A stretch of DNA of 63,609 nt, the filler included, from Reclinomonas americana ATCC 50394 (lineage: Eukaryota), in NCBI GenBank assembly GCA_048213135.1. It is 7 parts of 5 records of this genome, joined end to end, with 100 filler letters (N's around TTAATTAATTAA, not from the genome) between each part and the next. Parts side by side here need not be neighbours in the genome. Positions count along the whole stretch, not along the records: positions 48,952 to 58,024 come from PS015519.1; positions 58,125 to 61,061 come from PS015519.1; positions 61,162 to 63,609 come from PS015527.1; 4 more parts are not named here. One strand, 5' to 3'. The stretch's first letter is position 1. Every line of letters starts with the position of its first letter. Both the position numbers and the translations under genes were made by a program. Shown here one piece after another: positions 52,881-63,609 of the stretch. The notes under the pieces were generated by a model. The model saw only the letters and a program-made list of their open reading frames with translations, was not told the origin of the DNA and made no database searches.

Positions 52881-53817
52881 TGCTTCATCTTCTCGTTGTT
52901 AATTGACGTCTGTCTATTTTTTGCGCTTGTTGGGATGCGCAGAATGGTACGCGTGTCTGTTTTCCATCCTCTACTCATTTTCTGCCAGTCACTCACTTTC
53001 TCTCTCAGTGATCCATCGCGACCTGAAGCCAGCCAACATTCTGTTCAACCACAGTGGAATGGCTTACATCTCGGACCTGGGGGTGGCGCACTGGTTCCGC
53101 ACCGAGGGGGTGAGTGACTCTTTCCTGCCCAGTCTCCTTTCCTCTCCTCACCCTGTCTCTCACCTTCCCCTCCTCGTGTCACAGACGCATCTGTCAGTGC
53201 ATTTTGCTGGCGACCCGAAATACGCCGACCCCAAGGCCATGCATGGCCAGCTGCGACCGAGCTCGGATGTGTTTTCGCTTGGTCTCGTCCTCCTGCAAGT
53301 GTTCAGCGGGCTACCGATTGAGGAGGTGCACCGGCGAGTGGAGACACTGGAGGAGATGGACGACGTTGATGGCGAAGCATTGCTCGACGCCGCAGTCGAC
53401 CTGGCGGATGGTGGCGCAGGTCGACCGTGGCCGGCTCCTGTGTGTGAGAGGATTGTGCGATTGGCACTGAGGTACTGGTGTGTTTCCAAGAAAGTTGAGA
53501 GGAGACACGCTGACTGACCAATCTGCAGATGTCTGGATGGTCGCCCAGCACGCCGTCCAACAGCACAACAGCTGGCGAGCGAGTTGAGCGATCTCATGGT
53601 GCTGTCGTGCCGGCGTGCGTGCATGGTGTGCGACGGACTGCGCGAGACGCGACTGCGTCCGTGCATGCACCAGGTGTTGTGTCGGGAGTGCGCAGAGCGG
53701 CTGGTGAGCAAGAGCGGCGAGTGTCCAGTGTGTCGCGTGCGAGTGGAGGGTGTGGATGCGGGCGAGGGATACGGGTTCCACACGTTTGTGGCTCCGCCGC
53801 GAAAGGGAAGAAGCTGA
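48952..53817 (+). CDS. TPR - coiled coil - Pelle/IRAK/RLK-like kinase - RING (C3HC4) protein; 5' truncated
   Basis: TPR_10/12-type repeats (RRRYGDNHPMTL), then a Q/E-rich coiled coil. Kinase motifs FSWEQVVSMSNDFAERLGGDGGQGKVF, VAVK, FSNE, VIHRDLKPANIL, SDLG, SDVFSLGLVLLQ and CLDGRPARRP. Ends with CMVC..PCMHQVLCREC...CPVCR. Confidence 0.85.
51068..52470. repeat. Intronic ~190-210 nt tandem repeats in opposite orientation either side of the 51673-51980 gap
   Basis: CCCACAGCCGCAGCTTTCCGTCTCTGC...CATCAACATGCTCATCGTCACGAC occurs 3 times on +, and its reverse complement 2-3 times after the gap. Confidence 0.8.
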
Positions 53818-54336
53818 TTGCTGTATCTGTAATGTATTGTACGATGCGAAGTAGGAAGGGAGAGGGTGTGGGTAGACGACAAGCATTGAGCCTGAACAGA
53901 GACCGAAGGAGAGTGAGGGAAGAGGCTGATTTGTTGCATTTTAGTGCATTGCACGATGCGAAGTAGGAAGGGAGAGAGTGTGGGTAGACGACAGCATTGA
54001 GCCCGAACAGACGAGCAGAAAAAAGAGTGAATGTTCTCCACAATGTCACGCTTCGGTGGAATGGCTCATGTGGCACTGCAGATAGCACAGTGAACGGGGA
54101 GAAGGAGAGTCATCAGCCAAGTGGGAATTGTAAGCAGCTGAGCGGAAGTTCCTCGACTGTGGTTTACAACACTTTCGACCACAGTCATGTTACTATCTTC
54201 AGCAACATGATAGAGACGATTGCTCTGCTAGAGGAAACTGCTGGTCATGGTCCGAGAGCGAACACATACAAGAAAACCTGCCGCTACTGCTGTTTGCGTT
54301 GATGCTTGGTCATCTCGGTGAACGAATGGCAGCTGT

Positions 54337-55197
54337 TCATTCATGTGCCTGCATCGAGATCAACCATATGACGGCCTCCTCCATCTGGTTCTCGTTGCTG
54401 TGCAACGCCGTGCGGCACAAGTCTTCGGTCACGCCCGACACCGCCAACTCCGCCATCTTTTGCATCAGCCAGCGGACGGCCTCCGCCTGATTGACTTGCG
54501 GGTCGGGCGGTGCCGCCTCGTGGCCACCACCACCACCACCGAAAACAGCAGGGAACGGATCTGCCTTTTGATAGGGCGGTGGTGGTGGTCTCGCTGGCGG
54601 ATCGACAATCACGTAGCCGGCGCGGGCGGCAATGTCCAAGGCGGCCTGCGAAGGCGGTTGTATGGAGGCTGGCGGGGTCGACACGGCAAGGCGAGTCCAC
54701 ACGCGTTCGTCATGGCCCGGATGCACGGAGGAGGAAGAGGAAGAGGAGGAGGAGAAAGAGGACGAAAGATGAGAGGGTGCCTGAGTGGCGGTAGGCGAGG
54801 GTTGGCGAGGGGGGCGGACAGCTTGGGCGACCGGCTGCTCCGGGCGATCTTGTTCATACATTCCAATGTTGGTGGCACTGATTTCGCGGTAGGCGTTGGC
54901 TGCCAGAAGGGGGGGAGGAGGTGAGGGGAGAAGGAGGAGGAGGAGAAAGGAGAGAGAGAACGGAGGGAGAGAGACGCACCAGTGTACGATGCACCGTAGC
55001 GACTGTGTTGCTCAGGTGCGGGTAGGATTGATGCGGCATGCCGTGAGGGTGGGGCGGCGGCGGCCACGTCGAGGGGGGCGTACTGGCCCGAGGAGGGGCG
55101 CTGGAGGACGCGGGGGGGTGGGGGTGGCATGGATCTGGGTGGGGTAGGAAAGGGAAGGGGTGAGAGGGGGAAGGGTGAGACGGTTTTGCGACAGAGC

Positions 55198-55248
<51 letters not shown>

Positions 55249-57690
55249 CACGACGTAGGTACGTANNNNNNNNNNNNNNNNNNNNCTTTCGCGGAAGCGA
55301 AGAAGTGCCTTGCATTGTCGTTCGTTTCGTGTGCAGGGTCGTACCTGGGGAGGGAGAGGGAGTAGCAATGAGAAGAGTGGGACATGAGAGCAGGAGGAAA
55401 TGGACATGCTTGAAGTTCTGACACTCCCATCCCGCTCTTCTTCTGTCTCCCACATATCCAGACGTCCTCAACGTCTCCAACACTGGAGAAGAACTCGCGC
55501 AGGAGCAAACAGACATATATCTCTTCTCTCTCAGTCCCGTGATCAGTTCATCTCTCTGCAGTACGAGCCCATGTCTCTTGATCTCTCCTTTTCTCCTCAA
55601 CTTTTTCACAAATCTGTCTCTTTCATTTTCTATCTCTCTACGCATACAAACACGAGCTCAACACACTCTGGCACCGTCTCTTGCCAACATCGCATCTGCA
55701 CGTCCTCAGTTTCTCCAACACTGGAGAAAAAATTGGGGAAGGAGAGAACGGACAGATATCTCTTCTCTCACTCTCTCTCTCTCTCTCTGAATCAGCTCAA
55801 AATGTCTCTGTCGCTCTCTCTCACACTGCTGCACTGTGTCCTTCAAACTCGCGTCTCTTGATCTCTCCTACTCTCCTCAACTTTCTAACACAGCTGCCTC
55901 TTTCACTCTCTCACTCTCTCTCTCTCTCTCTCTGCAATATCTAGCTCGCACAGAAGCAACGTACACAACCGCAGCTCAGATGCTCTTAATCTCTCTCTCA
56001 CACTGCTGCACTGTGTCTCTCCTACTCTCTTCATCTTTCACACACAGCTGCCTCTCTCATACACACACTCTCTCTCTCACTGCGACGTGTAATACACAAA
56101 CACAAGCTCTCGAGGATCTGATATCTCCTCCGTTGTCCCTCTCTCCTTCTGCCCCCCACATATCCATACGTCCTCAGTGTCTCCAACACTGGAGATGAAC
56201 TCGCGCAGGAGCAAACGGACACAAATCTCTTCTCTCTCTCTCAGTCCCGTGATCAGCTCTCTCTTTCTCTCTCTGCAGCACGGTGTCCTTGGAATTCAAA
56301 TCTCTTGGTCCCTTCTTCTCTCTTCATCTCTCTCGCACAGCTGTCTCTCTGTGTCTCCCTGCAATATCTGACACGCAACTACGAACTCTACTTCTCTGAC
56401 ACCCTATGTTGGTCCCCCTTCCTTGATATCCCTTCTCCTAATCCCCCTCCCCTTCCGCCTCGCAATCGCACCTGCACATCCTCAATTTCTCCAACACTGG
56501 AGAAGAACTCGCGCAACGCATCGGGTGTGACTGTGAGCGGCAGATTGTTCACCGCCACGTAGTTGCCGGGTGGGAGGGCCTGCATCCAAAGCACCCCGTG
56601 AGACAACCATCACTTCTTCCTTCTCCATGCCCCAACCGCCGGCTCACCACCACAGCATACGTCGACAAGCCACCACCACCTTCTGGCGCAGCGGCGGCGG
56701 CGGCGGCGGGCGCACCAGCCGGACCGCGTCCCGAGCGCTTGCACCTCGCGCTATTCTTGCTCGACGACATGGCTTGCGCGTGCGGGCGACCGGGCACGAT
56801 TTCGGCGTTTTGTGCGAATCGGTCGATTCCANNNNNNNNNNNNNNNNNNNNNNNNNNNNNNNNNNNNNNNNNNNNNNNNNNNNNNNNNNNNNNNNNNNNN
56901 NNNNNNNNNNNNNNNNNNNNNNNNNNNNNNNNNNNNNNNNNNNNNNNNNNNNNNNNNNNNNNNNNNNNNNNNNNNNNNNNNNNNNNNNNNNNNNNNNNNN
57001 NNNNNNNNNNNNNNNNNNNNNNNNNNNNNNNNNNNNNNNNNNNNNNNNNNNNNNNNNNNNNNNNNNNNNNNNNNNNNNNNNNNNNNNNNNNNNNNNNNNN
57101 NNNNNNNNNNNNNNNNNNNNNNNNNNNNNNNNNNNNNNNNNNNNNNNNNNNNNNNNNNNNNNNNNNNNNNNNNNNNNNNNNNNNNNNNNNNNNNNNNNNN
57201 NNNNNNNNNNNNNNNNNNNNNNNNNNNNNNNNNNNNNNNNNNNNNNNNNNNNNNNNNNNNNNNNNNNNNNNNNNNNNNNNNNNNNNNNNNNNNNNNNNNN
57301 NNNNNNNNNNNNNNNNNNNNNNNNNNNNNNNNNNNNNNNNNNNNNNNNNNNNNNNNNNNNNNNNNNNNNNNNNNNNGAGAGAGGGTGAGAAGAGGAGAAG
57401 GGGACAACATAAAGCGAAGAAGCAGTAGGCGATAATAAAGAAGGTGAAGAAGAGGGAACGAGAAGAGGATGAGGTAGAGAAGAACGAGAAGTACACGGAG
57501 AACCAGTAGAAGGAGGTAAGAGACGGAGAACAAGAATAATACAATGACGATGAGGATGATGATGATGGTGTTGATGAAGAATGTTACGAACCGGGTAAAA
57601 GTCGCCGTCACCGCACAGGATGAAGATGGCACCGCAGCGCGCCTCGGCCGCCCATCGCATGAGGTAGTATGAGATCATCACGTCGCCGCC
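54337..57690 (-). CDS. NYN (LabA/limkain-type PIN nuclease) - RRM - Pro-rich - UBA protein; 5' truncated
   Basis: Exon 57592-57690 GGDVMISYYLMRWAAEARCGAIFILCGDGDFYP carries an NYN-type GDxDF motif. RRM start YVAVNNLPLTVTPDALREFFSSVGEIEDVQ. C-terminal VTEDLCRTALHSNENQMEEAVIWLI is UBA-like. Confidence 0.65.
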
Positions 57691-57992
57691 CTGGGGGGTG
57701 GGGAGGGAAAGGTGTTGAGGATGAGAAATGTAACATGACCGAGAAGGCGTCGTTTACAATTTGAGAAGATCCTTCTCTCTCTGGCTCTGTGCCCTCACAA
57801 AACACACACGCATGGACTAGAGAGAATGTGTGTGTGAGAGAAGGGGAGGGCGCGGAAAAGAAGAACAGAGGAGAGAGGGAGAGGGAGGGAGCGGAACAAG
57901 AGATGGATACGGAGAGAAGAAGTGAGAGAGATGGAGAGAGGAGTCATCTCTCACCTCTTCATCTCCCTTTCTAATCCCTCTCTCACCTCTCT

Positions 57993-58024
<32 letters not shown>

Positions 58025-58068
58025 NNNNNNNNNNNNNNNNNNNNNNNNNNNNNNNNNNNNNNNNNNNN

Positions 58069-58080
58069 TTAATTAATTAA
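58069..58080. other. Artificial scaffold-joining linker
   Basis: TTAATTAATTAA within an N spacer. Confidence 0.97.
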
Positions 58081-58124
58081 NNNNNNNNNNNNNNNNNNNN
58101 NNNNNNNNNNNNNNNNNNNNNNNN

Positions 58125-58196
<72 letters not shown>

Positions 58197-58727
58197 CTCT
58201 CTCCCTCGACAAGCCACGCACACTATTGTCAGAAGAGACGCACATGTTGTTGCTCTATATGAGAGAAAGAGAGAGAGAAGGGAGAGAGAGAGATTCAAAG
58301 AGACACAAGGAAGAGTGTGAGTGAGTGAGTGAGTGAGTGAGTGAGTGAGTGAGTGAGTGAGTGAGTTTGTGAGTGAGTGAGTGAGTGAGTGAGTGAGTGA
58401 GTGAGTGAGTGAGTGAGTGAGTGAGTGAGTGAGTGAGTGAGTGAGTGAGTGAGCACGCAACTGCACTCGGCCTCGATGCGTGCCAACAGGCGATCGTACT
58501 TGAGATCGATGCCCAAGTCGCGCATTCCGCGCCACGCATACGCGCCTGTTCAGTGAGTAACAGAGAGAGAGTGTGTGTGAGTGAGTGGAGTGTTGTGCAG
58601 GAGAGCAGAGAGAGAAAGAGTGATGTCAAGTACCGTCCACAATGAGCTTTGCTCTCGGCTCTGACATGGTTTGTGTGATTGTTTGTGTGTGCGTGTGTGT
58701 GTGGTAATGCTGTACACGATGCTGCTG

Positions 58728-58760
<33 letters not shown>

Positions 58761-58873
58761 TGTCTCTCCTCGCGCTCTCGTTGATGTTGTCGGAAGTGTT
58801 CAGATCCTCGCATACCTGTTGTCCGAGCCACCAATTGCAATTGGTTTTCCGGCACGAGAAACGACATGTTTCA

Positions 58874-59165
58874 AGCTGTCTGGATGACCCAAGTTAACCC
58901 CTACTCCAAAACATCTCAGCACCTGCGCAGCAGGCGATCTGTGCCATTGTCGCTGCGTCGCTGGATGGCAGAATGAACAACAAATGCATTCACCAACAAA
59001 CAAGCAACAGCTGTCTGGATGACCCAAGTTAACCCCTACTCCAAAACATCTCAGCACCTGCGCAGCAGGCGATCTGTGCCATTGTCGCTGCGTCGCTGGA
59101 TGGCAGAATGAACAACAAATTCAATCACCAACAAACAAGCAACAGCTGTCTGGATGACCCAAGTT
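58874..59165. repeat. Near-perfect 135-nt tandem duplication (about 2.2 copies)
   Basis: AGCTGTCTGGATGACCCAAGTT starts at 58874, 59009 and 59144. Confidence 0.9.
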
Positions 59166-59765
59166 CAACCGTATCCAAAACACCAACAAAGACACCAATC
59201 TTGAGGCAGCAGCAGGTTCCTTGGGCGTGTGTGTGTGTTCCTTGTACACCAAATCGGCCAGACCATTGGCCGTCAGTGTCGAGACAATGCCACCAGTGCC
59301 AAAGACCAACGGTACGAACACGACTCGCTTGCCAGTGCGCTCTGCAACAGCTCGAACAAGGCGCATGCGCAGGTGCTATTCAGCCTTCACATAGATTAAA
59401 TTCCTCATCTTGCACGCAATCTGCTGTCGGGCACTGCGGTGTGAGCTTCGCAGTCAACATGCCACCGTGACACGTGCACACGTCATGGTAGTTCTTCTCA
59501 AGATGAGCCATATATAATCACAAATAACACACCTGCATGTTGACCACCTCTCTCATTGTGGCCCCGAAACACCATCACACATTCGCCGCATGTTCCGCCC
59601 GCCGACCGTCGGGGAGTTGATCACCGAGAATGGATTGTACATGACGTGCTTGCCGCCATTTTCGCCATCATGATCGACCCTGCATACTCCTTCATTTCGT
59701 TGCGGAGAGCGCACACACACCCAACTCACCTCCTCCGTCGCAACTCCTTTTTTCCGCTTGCCATC

Positions 59766-60891
59766 ATGCGCATCCTCTCCCTTCTCGTGACCATTGCCGC
59801 CATTCTCTGTGTCATGGCAATCGCGTCCGTCAGCGCACAAACGCTGGCGGAGCAAGCCACCGACTACACCACACTGAGCGAGCTGCAGCCGCTCGACGAC
59901 GCCCAGATGCAGCGCTTGTGGGTCGACTTCAAGCAAGAGTACAACCGGTGGTACGCCTCCGACGACGAGGAGGCCCTGCGACGAGCCAATTTTGTGGGTG
60001 AGTGAGTGTGCATGAGTTGTCTGGGCACCCCTCGATTTTTTCCGTGCGTCAAGACAGCGTGTGTGCACACTCGCGATTCTCTCTCCCTCTCCCGCTCTCC
60101 GACTGCGACACTTTTCTCTCGCTTTCTCTCCCTTTTGTCTTTCTCGGTGTGACACACCATCCCAACTGACTTGCCACCCAACTGACATGCTTTGCCTCCC
60201 AACTGCTCTTCTCCGTCTTCGCCACTCGAGGCACCACACCCTCTCTCCTCACTCTTTCTCCACCACTCGACAGCAGCTGCCCCAACGTCTCTCATTCTCT
60301 GCTCTCCACCGCTACACTCGTGCCCACTCGTCAGTTGTCTCCGAATTGCACGTTCCATCTCATTTCTTCTTGAAGCATCCATGGTCTGCTGCACCACCAC
60401 TCAGTTGTCTTTTGCAAACAGCTCTCCCATCTCATTTCATGTTGTCAATTTCTCTCCCCTCTTCTGCACTATCACCCAGTTGTCTTCAGCAACCAACTCT
60501 CACTTTGCGCGACCCAATTTGTTTCTTTTTTCAGTTTCTCTCTCTCTTCTCTCCCTCTCACTGTGCGCGACTCGTTTCGTTTCTTTCTTTTGCTTCTCAT
60601 CCCTCTTCTGCACCACCACTCAGTTGTCTTTTGCAAACAGCTTTCTCTCTCTCTCTTTCTCTCTCTGTACGACTCGTCTCGTTTCATTCCCCACCCAACT
60701 GTCTTATCCTTACTGTACACTCAACCTCGTTCCTTTCTTCTCGTGCCTCTCACCTGCCCCCCTTCACGCCCCCCCCCCCCCCCCTTCCCCTCCTCTCCAT
60801 CACCCCCCACAGAAAACTACAACTACATCCGCCAATGGAATCACGAGCACGCCGACAAGGCCGGCTACACGCTGGGTATGAACAATTTTGG
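59766..60891 (+). CDS. Papain-family (C1A) cysteine protease: signal peptide plus I29 pro-domain; 3' truncated
   Basis: MRILSLLVTIAAILCVMAIASVSA signal, then LWVDFKQEYNRWYASDDEEALRRANFV|ENYNYIRQWN...YTLGMNNFG (ERFNIN- and GNFD-like motifs). Confidence 0.85.
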
Positions 60892-61105
60892 GTGCGTACC
60901 CCCCTCTCTCTCGTCTGTTCTCCTCTCTTCTCTACTCCTCTCTTCTCTTTTCTTCTTCTCTCCTCTCCTCTCCTCTCCTCTCTTCTCTTCTCTTCTCATC
61001 TCTCTTCTCCTCTCCTCTCCTCTCCTCTCTTCTCTTCTCCATCTTCTCCTCTGTCCTCTCCNNNNNNNNNNNNNNNNNNNNNNNNNNNNNNNNNNNNNNN
61101 NNNNN

Positions 61106-61117
61106 TTAATTAATTAA
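61106..61117. other. Artificial scaffold-joining linker
   Basis: TTAATTAATTAA within an N spacer. Confidence 0.97.
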
Positions 61118-61161
61118 NNNNNNNNNNNNNNNNNNNNNNNNNNNNNNNNNNNNNNNNNNNN

Positions 61162-62655
61162 TATAAATATATCGCCGATAAGTGGAACTGTGGTCACATC
61201 TCCGTTCAAATCCAATGTTACAGTCAATTGACCGACGAATTTACCACTTCTCAATTCACTACCAGACAAACGCATACCTATAATGAAATATCCGTCTTGA
61301 GTGTAACATGCTGATGGTGCGCGTTGACCCAAAGCGATATCATCCAGTGTTCTAAAAGCGTCCATCATCAACAAATTACCCATTGTAGTGTTTTTGTCGG
61401 CGACTGTAACCATATTTTTGGGGTAATTTTCTGCATCAATCTTAAATTGCCAGTTCAATGTCGCATCAGCAAGAGGGAACAAGAAATCAGAATTTGAATC
61501 CAGTGATAATGTACTATTGATTGAGTTTGCATTTCTCAACACTAAGAACACAGACTTAGCATTCTCCACATTTACGTTAAGAGGATGTGACCAGTATGAT
61601 GTACCGGCAGGCAATTGAATAACATTGTGATATACACTTTCATATTCATACAATAAACCATTAGCCAAATTAACATCGGCCGCCATTTGGGCTTTTATAA
61701 TACCTCTAATCATATCTGCAGGAGCTTCAACAAGTCGCATATTGTAGTTAAATTGATCTACTTTGAATGAAGACAAAACAGTTGTATTTTCATCAGGTGT
61801 GCCACTGGCGCCGGTTCCTTGGAAGAATGCTTCGCCAACATTATTTAATTCAAATTCTACTCTGATTTGTGGCAATGCTGACAATGGCATCGATTTATAT
61901 GAATTCAAGAGGCCGGGCAGTTTCATACGGTAAACAAATGGTGCGCCAACATCAATTGCATTATTTGCGTCAAGTTGTAAGAAAACGTCTAATGTATCAG
62001 AAATTCCGATACCATCGGGCCCATATTCATAAAATCGTACGGGTATTGTTGCCTTTAATAGTGCGCCGGTTACAGCTGTTCCGTCAGGAATCGAAGCACC
62101 AGTAACAGATGTTCTCAAATCTGAGCCCGATGATCTAGCATCTTTATTGCTGATTTGTCCGCCTTGGTAATATGTTCTTTCTGCCCATGTGCCCCACATA
62201 CCAGTGTCTCTCAAAACTGTTGATATGTAATCTTCACCGACATAACTATATCTTATAGCATTCCACACAGCGGGGATTTCAATAACTTGGGCTAATTCAG
62301 TCCCAACATATATTTCAATTCTTCTAAAGGCTGCAAAAATGTTTTCTAACATACATCTAGTTGTGTACACTTCACTCCCGGCAGCCGGTAAGTTTGCAAT
62401 TACAGCGCCTGTTATATCAGTACCATAACATCTCATAGTGAAATAAGATTCATTAGGATTGTATAACTTATCACGAGGCAAATAAAACAAAATTCTATTA
62501 TTTGCACTTGGTGAATACTCTGGCAAATCGGCAGGTTGTACCCAATAATTTATATCAGTAACATAAGGCCCTTCTCTTGTTCTGAGTGAATCATAATTAA
62601 ACATCCGTGACATTGTCGCCGGTCGTTTACTTTCAACTTCTTGAACTAATGACAT
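61162..62655 (-). CDS. Probable double-jelly-roll major capsid protein (PLV/Polinton type), truncated near the C-terminus
   Basis: About 498 aa, beta-rich, with motifs typical of this family in the expected order: YSP..RILFYLP..LYNPNESYF, FRRIEIYVG..VIE, MPLSALPQIRVEFEL, LNVNVENAKSVFLVLR, WQFKIDAENYP, FIIGMRL..SG. Confidence 0.68.
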
Positions 62656-62685
62656 ATTTTTCTATATGATATGTAAAGAAATAAA

Positions 62686-63546
62686 TTAAAAGTCATCTTT
62701 GTCAAGTTCGTCAATAAATTTTCGTTGTGGATTATATGACTGATTATTATAATATTGGCTTGCGTTTGAAACATAACTTATTTCTGGGATTCTTCTTATA
62801 TTTCTATTTCCTTTTGATCCTTCATTTATAACATATGAATCATCTTTTGGTAAAATTTGTATACCTTCCCTTGCCATTACAATCGGATTATATCCGTACT
62901 GTTTATCTTTTGATAACCAATCATATAATTTCATTCTTTTATTACCGTCTTTAATTGTATATCGTTCATCTGGCGTACTATATGAATCTGTTGCAATTTT
63001 TAACCTAAATGCTTTATCGGCCAGTGTTTTATATAATAGTGCTTTTGGTGACAAGTTTGTTAATCTTTGCAAATCATTTAATAATATCTCATCGGCCACT
63101 CTTAAATCATCTCTTGTTAATGCTAATGTATACAATGCATCATGTCTTTTAGTTGCGTGGTCGAGTGCATCATCTGCCGGAGTATCAATTAATAAATCTA
63201 CATTTGTGTTTTTTGTTCTAACACCGTAAGAATATTCGGGGCCGGAAAACTTTCCATAAGTAGGAATTAAATAAGAACTAAATGATACTCTTTCGTCGCC
63301 TGCTTTTGGTTTAACCATTTCTTCAGCTGTTTCAATGGCTGATGTAACAACTTTGTTTTTGACTGCATTAAGTGGGTTGGATAAATCCGGATTCACTAAA
63401 ACACCAGTTTGAACGGATTGAGGATTTTTATTTACATGGTCCACATATGCGTCTTTCCCTTTTGTATATGCATTATATAACCCTTCGCGTGTTTCACTAT
63501 TGGATCCACTTATTCTATCTCTTATAAAATTTAGAAAACCACTCAT
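62686..63546 (-). CDS. Phospholipase A2 domain protein (parvovirus VP1u / adintovirus PLA2X-like)
   Basis: IPTYGKFSGPEYSYG (Ca-binding-loop-like), PADDALDHATKRHDALY (catalytic HDxxY) and LRVADEILL (second Asp). Confidence 0.82.
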   Translation of the reverse strand: MSGFLNFIRDRISGSNSETREGLYNAYTKGKDAYVDHVNKNPQSVQTGVLVNPDLSNPLNAVKNKVVTSAIETAEEMVKPKAGDERVSFSSYLIPTYGKFSGPEYSYGVRTKNTNVDLLIDTPADDALDHATKRHDALYTLALTRDDLRVADEILLNDLQRLTNLSPKALLYKTLADKAFRLKIATDSYSTPDERYTIKDGNKRMKLYDWLSKDKQYGYNPIVMAREGIQILPKDDSYVINEGSKGNRNIRRIPEISYVSNASQYYNNQSYNPQRKFIDELDKDDF

Positions 63547-63609
63547 AATATACTATAAAGTTAGATATTTTCTAATCGCACATTATCTCCCTCTCTAACA
63601 ACTCTCATC

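Larger units (their letters stand above)
61162..63609 (-). mobile_element. Polinton-like virus / adintovirus-like element fragment
   Basis: AT-rich (about 32-38% GC on sampled lines), no microsatellites or introns, 30-nt intergenic spacer, PLA2 plus capsid-like ORFs. Confidence 0.7.

Noticed and set aside
12267..61161. Recurrent TTAATTAATTAA palindrome as a biological motif
   Set aside because: It is always centred in a 100-nt N spacer, so it is an artificial six-frame-stop linker.
59766..62655. Cysteine protease next to the capsid gene as a viral maturation protease
   Set aside because: It is an intron-containing host C1A papain precursor, not an adenain-type protease, and it lies across an artificial linker.

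Overview
Eukaryotic draft assembly, probably a protist. Seven unrelated scaffolds are concatenated with artificial 100-nt spacers (N44-TTAATTAATTAA-N44 at ~12.3, 23.2, 44.9, 48.9, 58.1 and 61.1 kb), so neighbourhoods across spacers mean nothing. The first six scaffolds are host DNA: GC-rich exons, many short GT-AG introns, and heavy (GA)n/(CA)n/(GAGT)n microsatellites. Recognisable host genes: a KP-43/TagC-type subtilase, a GH18 protein, three stand-alone WD40 genes, a stefin-type cystatin, a CBM9-like protein, two long armadillo-repeat genes, an STE20-like kinase first exon, mitoribosomal S33/Rsm27, an LYRM2-like protein, a TPR-coiled coil-Pelle/IRAK-like kinase-RING protein, an NYN-RRM-UBA protein and a papain-family pro-region. 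The last scaffold (61162-63609) is different: AT-rich, intronless and compact. It encodes a parvovirus-type phospholipase A2 domain protein followed by a probable double-jelly-roll major capsid protein, i.e. a Polinton-like virus/adintovirus-like element. Other highlights are the one-repeat-per-exon (129-nt, phase 1-1) ARM arrays and HET-E-like WD40 repeats whose variation concentrates at the ligand-face positions. All family assignments come from motif recognition by eye and need HMM confirmation.
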